Shown: positions 21,688-33,333 of the stretch, piece after piece
How positions within the stretch are numbered: position 1 is the first letter of the stretch
How the letters are laid out: every line of letters begins with the position of its first letter
Source: an uncultured Actinomycetes bacterium
Lineage (GTDB): Bacteria > Actinomycetota > Thermoleophilia > UBA2241
Assembly (NCBI GenBank): GCA_963767005.1
Contig: CAVYCN010000019.1
Coordinates: 108,080-172,079 of the forward strand
Direction: 5' to 3'
DNA: 64,000 nt
Translations under genes and position numbers: made by a program
The notes under the pieces: model-generated
The model's database searches: none
What the model was told of the DNA's origin: nothing
Seen by the model: only the letters and a program-made list of their open reading frames with translations

Positions 21688-22602
21688 ATGGAGCGCACCA
21701 GCAAGTTCCCGCCCCTCGTGATCACGGTGGCGGTCAACGGCGGCATCCAGGGCAAGGAGAGCCACCCGGCGCTGCCCGAGCTGCCCGAGGAGATCGCCGA
21801 GCAGGCTCACGAGGCCTACCAGGCCGGCGCTTCGGTCGTCCACATCCACGGCCGCGACCTCGCCGACTTCACCAACTGCACCGAAGATCCCGAGGTCTAT
21901 CGCCAGATCAACGGCCTGGTGCGGGCGAAGTGCCCGCAGATCATCATCAACAACACGACCGGCGGCGGACCGACCACGACCATGGAGGCCCGCATCGCCT
22001 GTCTCGACGCACTGCCCGAGATGGCCTCGCTCAACCTCGGCCCCGACATGGAGCGCTTCGAGCTGGCGGCCCGCAAGCCCCCGCTGCCCCACCCGCGCGA
22101 GGCCGTGCTGGTCGACATGTGCATGCCGTTCACCTACGGCTTCATCGACCGGCTCGCCACGGTGATGCTCGACAAGGGGATCAAGCCCGAGCTCGAGATG
22201 TACCACCCGGGCGAGTACTGGGTCAGCCGCGGCCTCATCGCGCGCGGGCTGATCAAGCCGCCCTACGCCCACCAGTTCGTCATGGGCGTGCAGACGTGCA
22301 GCTATCCGACCCCCTGGAACGTGCTGGAGATGCTGCGCGAGCTGCCCGACGATTCGCTCTTCACGGTCGCCAGCATCGGCAAGTTCCAGTGGCCGCTGGC
22401 CGCGCTCGGCATCATCCTCGGCGGCAACGTGCGGGTCGGCCTCGAGGATAACCTCTACCTGTCCCGCGGCGTGAAGCTCAAGGGCAACGGCGAGGCCGTC
22501 GAGAAGGTCGTGCGTCTGGCCCGCGAGCTCGGCCGCGAGGTCGCCACGCCGGCGCAGGCCCGCGAGATCTACGGCCTGTCCCCCACGCCGAGCACCTACT
22601 GA
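21688..22602 (+). CDS. Beta-keto acid cleavage enzyme family protein (BKACE/DUF849; 3-keto-5-aminohexanoate cleavage enzyme-like)
   Basis: Reads PLVITVAVNGG...LPELPEEIAEQAHEAYQAGASVVHIHGRD...IIINNTTGGG...GNVRVGLEDNLYLSRG, the TIM-barrel BKACE pattern as I know it. Intact at 304 aa. Confidence 0.75.
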   Translation: MERTSKFPPLVITVAVNGGIQGKESHPALPELPEEIAEQAHEAYQAGASVVHIHGRDLADFTNCTEDPEVYRQINGLVRAKCPQIIINNTTGGGPTTTMEARIACLDALPEMASLNLGPDMERFELAARKPPLPHPREAVLVDMCMPFTYGFIDRLATVMLDKGIKPELEMYHPGEYWVSRGLIARGLIKPPYAHQFVMGVQTCSYPTPWNVLEMLRELPDDSLFTVASIGKFQWPLAALGIILGGNVRVGLEDNLYLSRGVKLKGNGEAVEKVVRLARELGREVATPAQAREIYGLSPTPSTY

Positions 22603-22657
22603 GAGGTCACACGCGCGCGCAGGGCGCTCGCTCGAGATCACGAGAGGGAGACGGGGC

Positions 22658-23692
22658 ATGAAGGCGCTGGTCAAGACGAAGCCCGGGCCTGGGCTCGAGC
22701 TCATCGACGTAGCCGTCCCCGAGGTCGGTCGCGACGACGTGCTCATCCGCATCCTGAAGACGGCCATCTGCGGCACCGACGTGCACATCTACGAGTGGGA
22801 CGAGTGGGCCCGGCGCACGGTGCCGGTGCCGCTGGTCGTCGGCCACGAGTTCGTCGGCGTGATCCACGAGCTGGGCAGCGACGTGCGCGGCCTGCAGCTC
22901 GGTGAGCTGGTCACCGGCGAGGGGCACATCGTGTGCGGTCACTGCCGCAACTGCCGGGCCGGCCGCCGCCACCTCTGCGTCAACACGATCAGCATCGGCG
23001 CGACCCGCGACGGCGCCTTCGCCGAGTACCTGGTGCTGCCGTCGTCGAACATCTGGGCCGCCGACCCCGCCATCCCGCTCGACGTGCTGGCGATCTGCGA
23101 CCCGCTCGGCAACGCGGCCCACACGGCCCTGTCGTTCGACCTCGTCGGCGAGGACGTGCTCATCACGGGCGCCGGCCCGGTCGGCTGCCTGGCCGCCGCG
23201 ATCGTGCGCCACGTCGGCGCGCGGCACGTCGTCGTCTCCGACATCAACCCCGACCGTCTCGACCTGGCGAAGACGATGGGCGCGTCCCTCGTGCTCGACG
23301 CCCGCCGTCAGCAGCCGACGCGACGCCTTTGCGATGCTCGGCATGACCGAGGGCTTCGACGTCGGCCTCGAGATGTCGGGCAGCCCCGACGCGCTGCGCG
23401 GCATGCTCGCCGTCGATGTGCCACGGCGGGCGCATCGCGCCTGCTCGGATTCCTCGAGGGCGAGAGCGCGATCGACTGGGAGCGCGTCATCTTCGGCGGC
23501 CTCACGCTCAAGGGCATCTACGGCCGCCAGATGTACGAGACCTGGTACAAGATGACGGCGATGCTGCAGAGCGGCCTCGACGTCTCCCCGGTCATCACCC
23601 ACCGCTTCGCCTTCACGGAGTACGAGACCGCTTTCGACATGATGCTGTCCGGTCGCTCCGGGAAGGTCATCCTCGACTGGGCGACCGCGTGA
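22658..23692 (+). pseudogene. tdh: L-threonine 3-dehydrogenase, three closely spaced frame changes (about 23305, 23415, 23440) that restore the frame
   Basis: Reads MKALVKTKPGPGLELIDV...ICGTDVHIYEWDEWA...GHEFVGV...GHCRNCRAGRRHLC and ...IDWERVIFGGLTLKGIYGRQMYETWYKMTAMLQSGLDVSPVITHRF...GKVILDW. These are near-colinear with E. coli Tdh. The expected middle (MLGMTEGFDVGLEMSGSPDALRGML, HGGRIA) sits in the other two frames. Confidence 0.85.
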
Positions 23693-23721
23693 ACGCCGCC
23701 CTCCGCGCCTAGGAGCACGCC

Positions 23722-24920
<1,199 letters not shown>

Positions 24921-24924
<4 letters not shown>

Positions 24925-26119
24925 GGCTCGCCGAACGAGTCTCCCGCCTGGGCACCGAGACCGCCTTTGCCGTCTCGGCCGAGGCGGCCGCCTACGCCGC
25001 CGCCGGCCACACGGTCTACCCGTTCCACATCGGCGACATGAACCTGGCGACGCCCGCCAACATCCAGGAGGCGGCCCTGCGCGCCATGCGCGACGGCAAG
25101 ACCGGTTACTGCCCGAACGGCGGCATCGCGCCGCTGCGCGAGGCGCTGGCCGCCGAGGTCTCGCGCACCCACGGCGTCACCTACGGCGCCGACAACGTGG
25201 CCGTGCAGCCGGGCGGCAAGCCGGTCATCGAGAAGTTCCTGCTGAACCTGGTCGACCCCGGCGAAGAGGTGCTGTACCCCAGCCCCGGCTTTCCCATCTA
25301 CGAGTCGCAGATCGAGTTTCTCGGCGCCCGGGCCGTGCCCTACGGCTTCCGGCCCGGCCCCGACAACTTCCTGCTCGACTTCGCCGCCATCGAGCGCGCC
25401 GTCACAGCGCGCACCCGCGCCATCATCGTCAACGACCTGCACAACCCGACCGGCGCGGTCAGCCCGCGCGGCGAGCTCGAGGCGCTCGCGGATCTCTGCC
25501 TGCGGCACGACCTCGCGGTCCTTGCCGACGAGGCCTACTGGGACATCCGCTACTCGGGCGAGCCGCTCTCGATCGCCGCCCTGCCGGGTATGGCGGAGCG
25601 CACGGTCATCCTCTACACCTTCTCCAAGAAGTTCGCCATGACCGGATGGCGTCTGGGCGCCGCCATCGGCCCGCAGCGACGTGATCGCGGCGATCGCCAC
25701 GCTCAACGTCAACCAGGAAAGCTGCACCAACCACTTCGTCCAGCACGCCGGGGTCGAGGCCCTGACCGGCGACCAGTCGGGCGCGGCCCACATTCTACAG
25801 ACGCTGCGCCGAGCGCCGCGACGTGGCGGTCGCCGCGCTCAACGCGATCCCCGGCGTGACCTGCTACTCGCCCGACGCCACGTTCTACCTGTTCCCCGAC
25901 GTCACCGAGCTGATGGAGCGGGTCGGCGCGGCGAGCTACGACGAGTTCCGTCTCGCTGCCCTGCGCAGCACGGGCTGCTCGTTCTGCACGCGCCTGCACT
26001 TCGGCCGCGCGCTCCCCGGCGAGACACGGCGCTACGTGCGCATCGCCTACTCGGGCATCGACGCCGACCAGATCGAGGAGGGGCTCGGCCGTCTCCGAGA
26101 CTGGGCGGCCAGAGGCTGA
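24921..26119 (+). pseudogene. Class I/II PLP aminotransferase (aspartate/aromatic aminotransferase-like), frame breaks near 25675 and 25815
   Basis: Starts at GTG 24921: [44 protein letters not shown]. Continues [12 protein letters not shown]...[13 protein letters not shown]...[11 protein letters not shown]...[19 protein letters not shown] (PLP lysine motif SKxFxMTGWR). C-terminus FGRALPGETRRYVRIAYSG is in ORF 25823-26119. Confidence 0.8.
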
Positions 26120-26230
26120 CCGACACGATCACTGAGCTGTCGCGCCGGCTCGTCTCGTCTGGCGCTGCCCCCAGCGCCCAGAGAGCCGGCGTGGCCCAAG
26201 GGAGGTCCCGGCGTCACGGCCTTCCTGGTG

Positions 26231-26272
26231 GGGGAAGCGGCCACGCCCGCCAAGGGCGAGGCCGCTTTCCCC
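26231..26272. terminator. Hairpin in the convergent gap between the aminotransferase gene and dhaM
   Basis: GGGGAAGCGGCC (26231-26242) pairs with GGCCGCTTTCCCC (26260-26272, one bulged T). There is an inner CGCCC/GGGCG stem. A second GC hairpin lies at about 26347-26380, next to the dhaM stop. Confidence 0.45.
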
Positions 26273-26385
26273 TCACTGCCACCCTTGTCCGCCTCGTCCC
26301 ACGAACGGGCGCCCCGACGAGCCGCCTCGTGTCGCAGGCGCCGGACCGCGCCGCGCGCGGCCCTTGCCGCGCGGCGCCCCGACCT

Positions 26386-29085
26386 CTAGCGCGAGACCAA
26401 ACGACGTACCTCGGCGGCCGTGGCAACCCTGAGGGCGCGCGCGGCCAGGCGGCGGGCGCCGGCGCGGCCGGCGCGGCGCACCGCCTGCTTGGCGAGCGCC
26501 ATGCGCGCCGGCGCCATCGACAGGGCGTCGACGCCCAGGCCGAGCAGCAGCGGGACGGCCTGCGGGTCGCCGGCGATCTCGCCGCAGACCGCGACCGGCC
26601 GGCCGGCGCCGGCCGCCGCCCGCGTCACCTCCGCGATCAGGCGCAGCACGGCCGGGTGCAGGGCGTCGCCGAGGCCGGCGACCGCGGCGTTGCCGCGCTC
26701 CGCGGCCAGGACGTACTGGGTGAGGTCGTTGGTGCCGATCGAGAAGAAGTCGACGTGCGGCGCGAAGGCCGCGGCGAGCAGGGCGGCGGCCGGTACCTCG
26801 ATCATCACGCCGACCTCGAGGCGGAGCGGCACGGCGACGGCGGCGGCCGCTAGATCGGCGCGCGCCTCCTCTACGAGCGCGCGCACGCGCAACACCTCGT
26901 CGACGCCGGTGACCATGGGCAGTAGCAGTCGTAGCGGATGGTCGGCGGCCACACGCAACGCGGCGCGCAGCTGACCGGTCAGCAGCTCGGGCCGGCGCAG
27001 GCCGAGACGGACGCCGCGCAACCCCAGGAACGGGTTGTCCTCGTGAGCGGCGGGCAGGTACGGCAGCGACTTGTCGGCGCCCGCGTCGAGCGTGCGCAGC
27101 ACGAGCGGGCGCCCGCCGAGGGCGGCGGCGATGGCCCGGTAGGCGCGCTCCTGCTCGTCCTCGGTCGGCAGGTGGTCGGCACGCAGGAAGAGGAACTCGG
27201 TCCGCAGCAGGCCGACGCCGTCGGCGCCGGCCGCCAGGGCCGCGGCGACCTCGCCGGGCTCACCCAGGTTGGCTTCGACCGGCACGGTCAGGCCGTCGCG
27301 CGTGACGGCCGGCTCGGCGGCGCGTGCGGTGGCGGCTGCCGCGGCGGCGGCGCGCCGCGAGCGGCGCGCCGCCGCCGCGCGCCAGACCGCCGCCGGCGGA
27401 TCGACCGTGAGCGTGCCCGCGTCGCCGTCGAGCACGACCGGCGTGCCGTTCGCCACCGCGAGCAGCGCCGGCCCGCAGCCCATCACGGCCGGCACGCCGA
27501 GCGCCCGGGCGAGGATCGCGCCGTGCGAGGTGGGCCCGCCGCCGGCGCAGGCCACGCCGAGCACGTCGTCGCCCAGCGCCGCCGCCTGCGCCGGCGAGAG
27601 GTCGGGCGCGAGCACGACGACGGCGCGCGACCGACCAGCCGGCTCGCTGCCGCGGCCGCTGGGCTCGCCGCCCGGCGTCTCGCCCAGGTGACGCAGGACC
27701 TGGCCGGCGACCTGCCGCAGGTCGGCGCCGCGGGCGCGCAGGTAGGGGTCGTCGAGCGCGTCCCACGCGGCGGCGGCCTGGGCGGCGGCCGCCGCCCAGG
27801 CCGCCGCCGCGCCCGTACCCTCGCCGAGCACGGCGGCCCGCGCCGGGCCGAGCAGCGCCTCGTCGTCGAGCAGCAGCAGGTGAGCGTCGAAGATCGCGCC
27901 GTGCGCCGCGCCGGCGCGCGCGGCGACCGACTCGCGGGCGCCGCGCAGCTCGGCGCGCGTCGCGGCCAGCGCCGCCTGCAGACGGTCCCACTCGGCGCGC
28001 GGGTCGCCCACGCTCGAGGCGCTGGCCGGTGCCTCGAGCGTGGGCGCGGCGAGCCACCGCGCCGGGCCGATGGCGACACCCGGGGCTGCGGGAAGACCCT
28101 GCAGCACCTTGCCGCGCTCCGGAGGCGACGCGGCGCCCGGCTCGAGCGGCGCCGCGGTCCCCAGGTCCGAAGCCGGCGCGACCCCCGGTTCAGACGACGC
28201 GGGCGCGTCCGGCCCCGGAGCCCCCGTGCTCGGGCCCACGGCCGGCCCCCGGGGCGGCCCTCCGGGCGCGCCGGCCACGCGATCGCCGAAGTCGTCGTCG
28301 GCCAGGGCGCGCAGGGCCGCCAGGGCGACGGCCGCCTCGACGCCGCGCGCCCGCAGCACGAGCTCGTGACCGCGCGAGGCGCCGAGTGTCGCCACCGCGC
28401 TCAGGCTGCGCGCGCTGACGGGCCCGCGGCCGGCGGTGACGTCCTCGACGGTCACGTCGGCGTCGAAGCCGGCCGCCGTGCGCACGAGGCGGGCGACCGG
28501 CCGCGCGTGCAGGCCGAGCGGACTGTGTACGACGATCCGCAGTGCCTGCTCCCCTTCAGGCTCCTTGTCGCCGGCCGGCGTGCCGGCTCCCGCAGCACCC
28601 GCGTCCCGTCCCCGAGGGCCGCCCGACGGAGCCGTCGGGCCCGCGGTCGGCGCGTCGCCGGCCGGCACGACGGGCGCGAGCTGGGCCGTCTTGCCGGCCA
28701 GACCGGCGGCGGCCTCGGCCGCGACGGCCACGAGCGAGCCGCCGGCCGCCGCCGCCACGGCGGCCGCCACGGCCCCCTCGACAAGCGGCGCAGCGCTGAG
28801 CAGCACCTTGGCGCGCCGGCGCTCGTCGAGCAGCTCGAGGGCGAGCTCGGCCGACAGCACGGCGCTGCCCAGGTCCATGAGCACGAGCACGCCGTCGTCG
28901 GACCAGGCCGCGTCGATCGCGCGGGCCACGAGCGCCGCGTCGGTGCCGAGCGGCCGTTCGGGCAGGTCGAGGCCGCCGGCCGCCGCGATGCGCAGGTCGG
29001 GGCCGGCCATCTGCGCGGCGAGCTCGGCGGCGCCCTCGGCGAGCCGGGCGCTGTGGCTCACCAGGACGAGGCCGATCACGGCGAC
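26386..29085 (-). CDS. dhaM: Multidomain PTS phosphotransfer protein: DhaM (EIIA-Man-like) + HPr + full-length Enzyme I (PEP-protein phosphotransferase)
   Basis: DhaM domain: VAVIGLVLVSHSARLAEGAAELAAQMAG...LVLMDLGSAVLSAE. HPr domain: IVVHSPLGLHARPVARLV. Enzyme I: GGPTSHGAILARALGVPAV, LLRTEFLF, FFSIGTNDLTQY. Intact. I prefer the GTG at 29085 to the track start at 29124, which would overlap dhaL by 49 nt. Confidence 0.85.
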   Translation of the reverse strand, partial: VAVIGLVLVSHSARLAEGAAELAAQMAGPDLRIAAAGGLDLPERPLGTDAALVARAIDAAWSDDGVLVLMDLGSAVLSAELALELLDERRRAKVLLSAAPLVEGAVAAAVAAAAGGSLVAVAAEAAAGLAGKTAQLAPVVPAGDAPTAGPTAPSGGPRGRDAGAAGAGTPAGDKEPEGEQALRIVVHSPLGLHARPVARLVRTAAGFDADVTVEDVTAGRGPVSARSLSAVATLGASRGHELVLRARGVEAAVALAALRALADDDFGDRVAGAPGGPPRGPAVGPSTGAPGPDAPASSEPGVAPASDLGTAAPLEPGAASPPERGKVLQGLPAAPGVAIGPARWLAAPTLEAPASASSVGDPRAEWDRLQAALAATRAELRGARESVAARAGAAHGAIFDAHLLLLDDEALLGPARAAVLGEGTGAAAAWAAAAAQAAAAWDALDDPYLRARGADLRQVAGQVLRHLGETPGGEPSGRGSEPAGRSRAVVVLAPDLSPAQAAALGDDVLGVACAGGGPTSHGAILARALGVPAVMGCGPALLAVANGTPVVLDGDAGTLTVDPPAAVWRAAAARRSRRAAAAAAATARAAEPAVTRDGLTVPVEANLGEPGEVAAALAAGADGVGLLRTEFLFLRADHLPTEDEQERAYRAIAAALGGRPLVLRTLDAGADKSLPYLPAAHEDNPFLGLRGVRLGLRRPELLTGQLRAALRVAADHPLRLLLPMVTGVDEVLRVRALVEEARADLAAAAVAVPLRLEVGVMIEVPAAALLAAAFAPHVDFFSIGTNDLTQYVLAAERGNAAVAGLGDALHPAVLRLIAEVTRAAAGAGRPVAVCGEIAGDPQAVPLLLGLGVDALSMAPARMALAKQAVRRAGRAGARRLAARALRVATAAEVRRLVSR

Positions 29086-29723
29086 TCGGGCAGCAGCGCC
29101 GCGGCCGCCCGCAGCAAGAGCCACGACGACGTCGCGCCGGGGTCCTGCGTGCCGGCGCTGCGCTCGCCCAGGTAGCTCGCCCTGCCCTTGCGGGCCACGA
29201 GCGGCACGGTCGCCAGCATGCCGCGCTCGGCGCCGGAGGCCGTCGCGCGCAGGGCCGCGCGCCCGGGCAGGCCGGCGGTGACAGCGTCCTGGAGCGCCTC
29301 GACCGCCGGCAGCAGGGCGTCGACCATGGTCTTGTCGCCGGCCTCGGCCTTGCCGCGCTCGCGCACGCCGGCCACACCGGCCGCGAGCGCAGTCGCAAGC
29401 CCGGCGACATCGAGCTCCTCGGCGGCGCCGGCGGCCGTCGCCATCCGCAGGAACAGCGTGCCGTAGAGCGGTCCCGCGGCACCGCCGACCGTCGACACGA
29501 GCGTCATGCCGACCGTCTTGAGCAACGCGCCGACGCCCCCCGCGGCGTCCGCCGCGGCGAGCTTGACCAGCACGGCCTGCATGCCGCGGTCCATGTTGAT
29601 GCCGTGGTCGGCGTCGCCGATCGCGGCGTCGAGCGCGGTGAGCTCGTCGCGGTGCTCGGCCACGGCGGCTGCGAAGGCCCGTATCCAGGCCGCGACGGCG
29701 GCCGCGTCGATCGTCTCGCTCAC
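29076..29723 (-). CDS. dhaL: Dihydroxyacetone kinase ADP-binding subunit DhaL
   Basis: Reads LTALDAAIGDADHGINMDRG...GGAAGPLYGTLF...GKAEAGDKTMVDALLPA...ARKGRASYLGERS. Intact at 215 aa. Confidence 0.9.
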   Translation of the reverse strand: MSETIDAAAVAAWIRAFAAAVAEHRDELTALDAAIGDADHGINMDRGMQAVLVKLAAADAAGGVGALLKTVGMTLVSTVGGAAGPLYGTLFLRMATAAGAAEELDVAGLATALAAGVAGVRERGKAEAGDKTMVDALLPAVEALQDAVTAGLPGRAALRATASGAERGMLATVPLVARKGRASYLGERSAGTQDPGATSSWLLLRAAAALLPESP

Positions 29724-29832
29724 GTGCCCGGCCCCCGACCTGTGAGCCGCCGCAGACCCGTCGTCCGACCGCGGATCACGCGTACCGCCGCCGCCCCGCG
29801 AACGGTCGCGAGCGGCCTTGCCCGACCGCCCA

Positions 29833-30834
29833 TCACGCGCCCCACCGCAGGCCGGGGGTCGCGACCGGCGCGTCCCAGAGCTCGGTGAGCTCGTCGTCGA
29901 GGCGCAGCAGGGTGACCGAGCAGCCCGCCATGTCGAGCGCCGTCATGTACGGGCCGACGAGGTTGCGCGCGATCACGAGGCCGCGCTCGGCGAGCAGCCG
30001 GTCGAGCTCGCGATAGACGACGTAGAGCTCCATGAGCGGGGTCGCGCCGAGGCCGTTGACGAAGGCCAGCACGCGGTCGCCGGAGCGAAACGGCAGATCG
30101 TCGAGGACGGCCGCGGCGAGCTCGGCGACGACGGCGGCGGCCGGCTGCGCCGGCCGCCGCTCCCGCCCCGGCTCGCCGTGGATGCCCACGCCGAGCTCGA
30201 TCTCGCCGGGCCCCAGGTCGAACGTCGGCGCGCCGACCATCGGCACCGTGCACGAGGTGAGCGCGACGCCCATGCTGCGCGCCGCGGCGTTGACGCGCCG
30301 GCAGAGGGCGGCGACCTCGCTCAGGCTGCGCCCGCGCTCGGCCGCCGCCCCGCAGATCTTCTCGGCCAGCACCGTGGCGCCCACGCCGCGGCGGCCGGCG
30401 GTGTGCAGGCTGTCCCGCACGGCCACGTCGTCGTCGATCACCACCGACTCGACCTGCCGGCCCGCGTCGCGGGCGAGCTCGGCGGCCATCTCGAAGTTCA
30501 TCACGTCGCCCGTGTAGTTCTTGACGATGAGCAGCGCGCCGGCGCCGCCGTCGACCGCCTCGACGGCGGCCAGCACCTGGTCGGGCGTGGGCGAGGTGAA
30601 GACCTGGCCCGGGCAGGCGGCGTCGAGCATGCCCGGGCCGACGAAGCCGGCGTGCATCGGCTCGTGGCCCGAGCCGCCGCCCGAGACGAGCGCCACCTTG
30701 CCGGCCACCGGCGCGTCGGAGCGCACGACGAAGTCGGGTGCGTACTGCACGCGCAGCCTGTCGCGATGGGCGGCGGCGAGGCCCTCGAGCGCCTCGCGCA
30801 CGACATCCTCGGGCCGGTTGATGAGCTTCTTCAT
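29833..30834 (-). CDS. dhaK: Dihydroxyacetone kinase dihydroxyacetone-binding subunit DhaK
   Basis: Reads [19 protein letters not shown]...[20 protein letters not shown]...[14 protein letters not shown]...GVGIHGEPG. Intact at 333 aa. ATG is preceded by CAGGAGAG. Confidence 0.9.
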   Translation of the reverse strand: MKKLINRPEDVVREALEGLAAAHRDRLRVQYAPDFVVRSDAPVAGKVALVSGGGSGHEPMHAGFVGPGMLDAACPGQVFTSPTPDQVLAAVEAVDGGAGALLIVKNYTGDVMNFEMAAELARDAGRQVESVVIDDDVAVRDSLHTAGRRGVGATVLAEKICGAAAERGRSLSEVAALCRRVNAAARSMGVALTSCTVPMVGAPTFDLGPGEIELGVGIHGEPGRERRPAQPAAAVVAELAAAVLDDLPFRSGDRVLAFVNGLGATPLMELYVVYRELDRLLAERGLVIARNLVGPYMTALDMAGCSVTLLRLDDELTELWDAPVATPGLRWGA

Positions 30835-30867
30835 CGCGACTCTCCTGTCGACGGCCGCGCGCGCGGC

Positions 30868-30896
30868 GGCGGGCGCATGCGCAGCACGCGCCCGCC
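30868..30896 (-). terminator. Hairpin downstream of the surface-protein gene / upstream of dhaK
   Basis: GGCGGGCGC (30868-30876) pairs with GCGCCCGCC (30888-30896), with an 11-nt loop. Confidence 0.35.
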
Positions 30897-30950
30897 TGTC
30901 GGTTTACTTGGAAGCGCGGTCCGCCGTCAAGAAGGGACGCGGCCGCGGAG

Positions 30951-33093
30951 TCAGCCGCGGATGAAGACTCCGGGTGGGCGCCTGAACCGGGAGCTCGGCA
31001 TGTCCGTCGTGCGCTCGGCCGGGAACGGGCGCGGCATGTCGGGATCCCACTTCGTGAAGAGCCGCAGCCGGCGCCGCTCGGCCCAGGGGCCGACGAACAG
31101 CAGCAGGGCGACGCCGACCGCGCCGCCCGACGCCGGCAGGAGCGGCAGGCCCAGGCCGTGCGGCGTGCTCCCGCCGCCCTCGCCGCCGCCCGCTCGTCCG
31201 GAGGCCTTGAACGCGTAGCCCGACACGGTCTGTGCCGAGTTCCCGGCGGCGCCGGAGCCCGCGACCGCGGCCGGCGAGCTGCGCCGCCGGTGCCGCCGGC
31301 GCCGGTGACGGAGCCGTTGGTGTCGGTCGAGCCGCTGCCACGCCGCTGCCCGTGCCTTGGCCGGACCCGCTGCCGGTGCCGCCCCCCACGCCGCCGCCCG
31401 TGCCCGAGCCGCCGCCGGCGCCTGGGTCGTTGCCGCTCGCCGTGCCGTTGCTGTTCTTGCGGTCGCCGCTCGCGCCACCGCCGCCCGAGCCGCTCGACTT
31501 GCTCGGCGTAGGGCTCATACGCCGTGGTGAGCGATCGCAGCTCGGGAGCGAAGGCGCCACCGGCCGAGAATGAGATGATGTAGGCGATGCTCTTGCCGAC
31601 CGTGAGGGGTGGGAACTCGATGGTCTCGACCACGGACCCGGCCACCGTGCCCGGCCCGACGCGAAACGACGTCTTCAGCGTTCAGGAAGCTCCCACCGTC
31701 GATGGTGTACGACACGCTGACGTTGCTGGTCGGGACGGGCCCGAGCACGCACCGTACGCTCAGCAACTGCTTGCGGCCGGCGCGACCCAGATCGGAGCCC
31801 GGCCAGCCGCACCGATCCGCGCTACCTACCGTCCCGATCGTGACTACCCTCTGCTCGCCGGGATCTGCGACCACAAGGCTCCCGGCATTCGTGTCGCTCG
31901 ATGGGCGCGACCTGCGACAGCGACGCCGGCGACGAGAGCGAGGCCGTGAACCCCGTGGACAGCGCCGAGCCGGTGACGAAGTCGGCGAACACGCGATGCC
32001 CGGCAGGCGGGTCGTTCGCGCCGGTCGCCACGCCGAGCACGCGAGGGTATCGCAAGCCGGCGTCGGCGATCCAGATCACGCCGTCGCCGCCGAAGCTGCC
32101 GAGCGCACAGGTCGGAGCTTGCAGCGTGTAGCCACCCGAGCTCGAGAACCGCCACGCGACGCTCGCCGCGCTGAAGCCACCGTTCTGCGCCGAGGCGTCG
32201 TAGTCGGCCGCGCGCACGACGATCACCCGCGCCGCCTGCCGGTCACAGATCAGCATGTCGCCGTGTGCCGCGTCGAGCCGCTGGACCGACGTCGGGGTCT
32301 CGAGCTGATCGGCTCCGCAATGCCCGACGCGCCGCTGCCGTACTGCCACACGATGCTCAGCGCGCTGAAGCCGGCGTCGGAGCCGGCACCCGTGTAATCG
32401 GCCGCGCGCACCACGATCACGCGGTGATTGGCGGTGTCGCAGATCGCGACGTTGCCGTAGCGCGTGAAGTCGCTCCCGGTCGCACCCGCTATGGGCAGCC
32501 ACTCCGCCGACGTCGGCGAGTCGAGGTGGTCCACGCCACTGCCGGGCAGATCGGTGGAGCCGTACTGCCACACCACCTGGTCGCTTGCGCTCGCATCGAT
32601 GATGAAGATCCGGTCTGCGCCCTCATCGCAGATCAGGACGAGCCCGTCGCGGACATCGCCGCCCGAGGCCGTCACGCTGCCCCCGGTGAGCGAGCGCGCC
32701 GACACCGGCGCGCTCGCACTGCCGGGGACCCTGTACGACCAGACGAGCGAACCGCTGGGGGAGAACTCCGCGACCAGATGGTTCGCCGGATCGGCGACCA
32801 GCATGTCGCCGCCGCTCAGCGCCTGAGCGCTGACGGGGTCGGGCTGCGCAACGCCGAGCTGCTCGATAGCCGGGGGAGGTGGCACCGATCGCCGCGAGCT
32901 CGCCGATCGTGGCGGCGAGGCCGCCGCCGCTCAGCTTGACGACGCCGTTGTCCTTGACGACCTGGAACGGCTTGCCGCCCGCGCCCTGCTTGAAGGCCAC
33001 CGGGGCTGCCGCCGAGGCGACGGTGGGCACCGTCGCGACGACCACGGCCCCGATGGCCAGGCAGAGCGCGGCGGCGCCGATCGTGTGACGCAT
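30951..33093 (-). pseudogene. Secreted beta-propeller-repeat surface protein with Gly/Ser-rich spacer and LPXTG-like (LPASG) C-terminal sorting signal; at least 7 frame breaks
   Basis: Signal peptide: MRHTIGAAALCLAIGAVVVATVPTVASAAAP. Five or six repeats of a type such as DMLVADPANHLVAEFSPSGSLVWSY, LVLICDEGADRIFIIDAS..VVWQYGS, VAICDTANHRVIVVRAADY...IVWQYGSG, MLICDRQAARVIVVRAADY. Then GSGGGGASG...GSGTGGGVGGGTGSGSG. C-terminus: LPLLPASGGAVGVALLLFVGPWAERRRLR. The pieces are spread over ORFs 32623-33117, 32250-32885, 31822-32571, 31515-31874, 29720-31645, 30904-31560 and 30951-31478. Confidence 0.6.
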
Positions 33094-33155
33094 CACGGGT
33101 CCGAAGTACCCCCCCATTCTCAGGCGCAGCGGGATTTCGCGCCGACGTGACAGTG

Positions 33156-33179
33156 CGCTGTATTTCTAATAGTATAACG
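33156..33179 (+). promoter_or_regulatory. ModE-type operator-like element in the AT-rich promoter region of modA (copy 1)
   Basis: CGCTGTATTTCTAATAGTATAACG. It resembles the E. coli ModE site as I recall it (CGxTATAT-N-TAYATAACG). It shares CGCTnTA...GTAnAACG (15/24 identical) with the site upstream of the second modA. Confidence 0.45.
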
Positions 33180-33333
33180 CCCTGCCGACTCCCAAAGCCG
33201 AGGCCGGCACGGCCGGTCGCACGGGTCGTGTCCGCTCAGTGGACAGAGCGACGAGCCACGCCGCGAGGGAAGCGAGCAGGGGCCGCTCCACGAGGAGCGA
33301 CCTGGACAGTGGTCACGCAAGGAGGGGACTCAC

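Noticed and set aside
31005-31135. The C-terminus of the surface protein as a PEP-CTERM or GlyGly-CTERM signal rather than a sortase signal.
   Set aside because: There is no PEP or GG motif before the hydrophobic helix. LPASG is closest to LPXTG, but the unusually long tail after the RRRLR patch (about 35 aa) leaves this uncertain. Confidence is therefore low in either direction.
33180-33333. Additional Moco riboswitches upstream of modA1, modA2, mop or fdhA.
   Set aside because: I scanned these leaders on the relevant strand for the CUCCGAGCC / GGAAAGGAG / GNRA-hairpin combination and found none. Only 56408-56512 has it.
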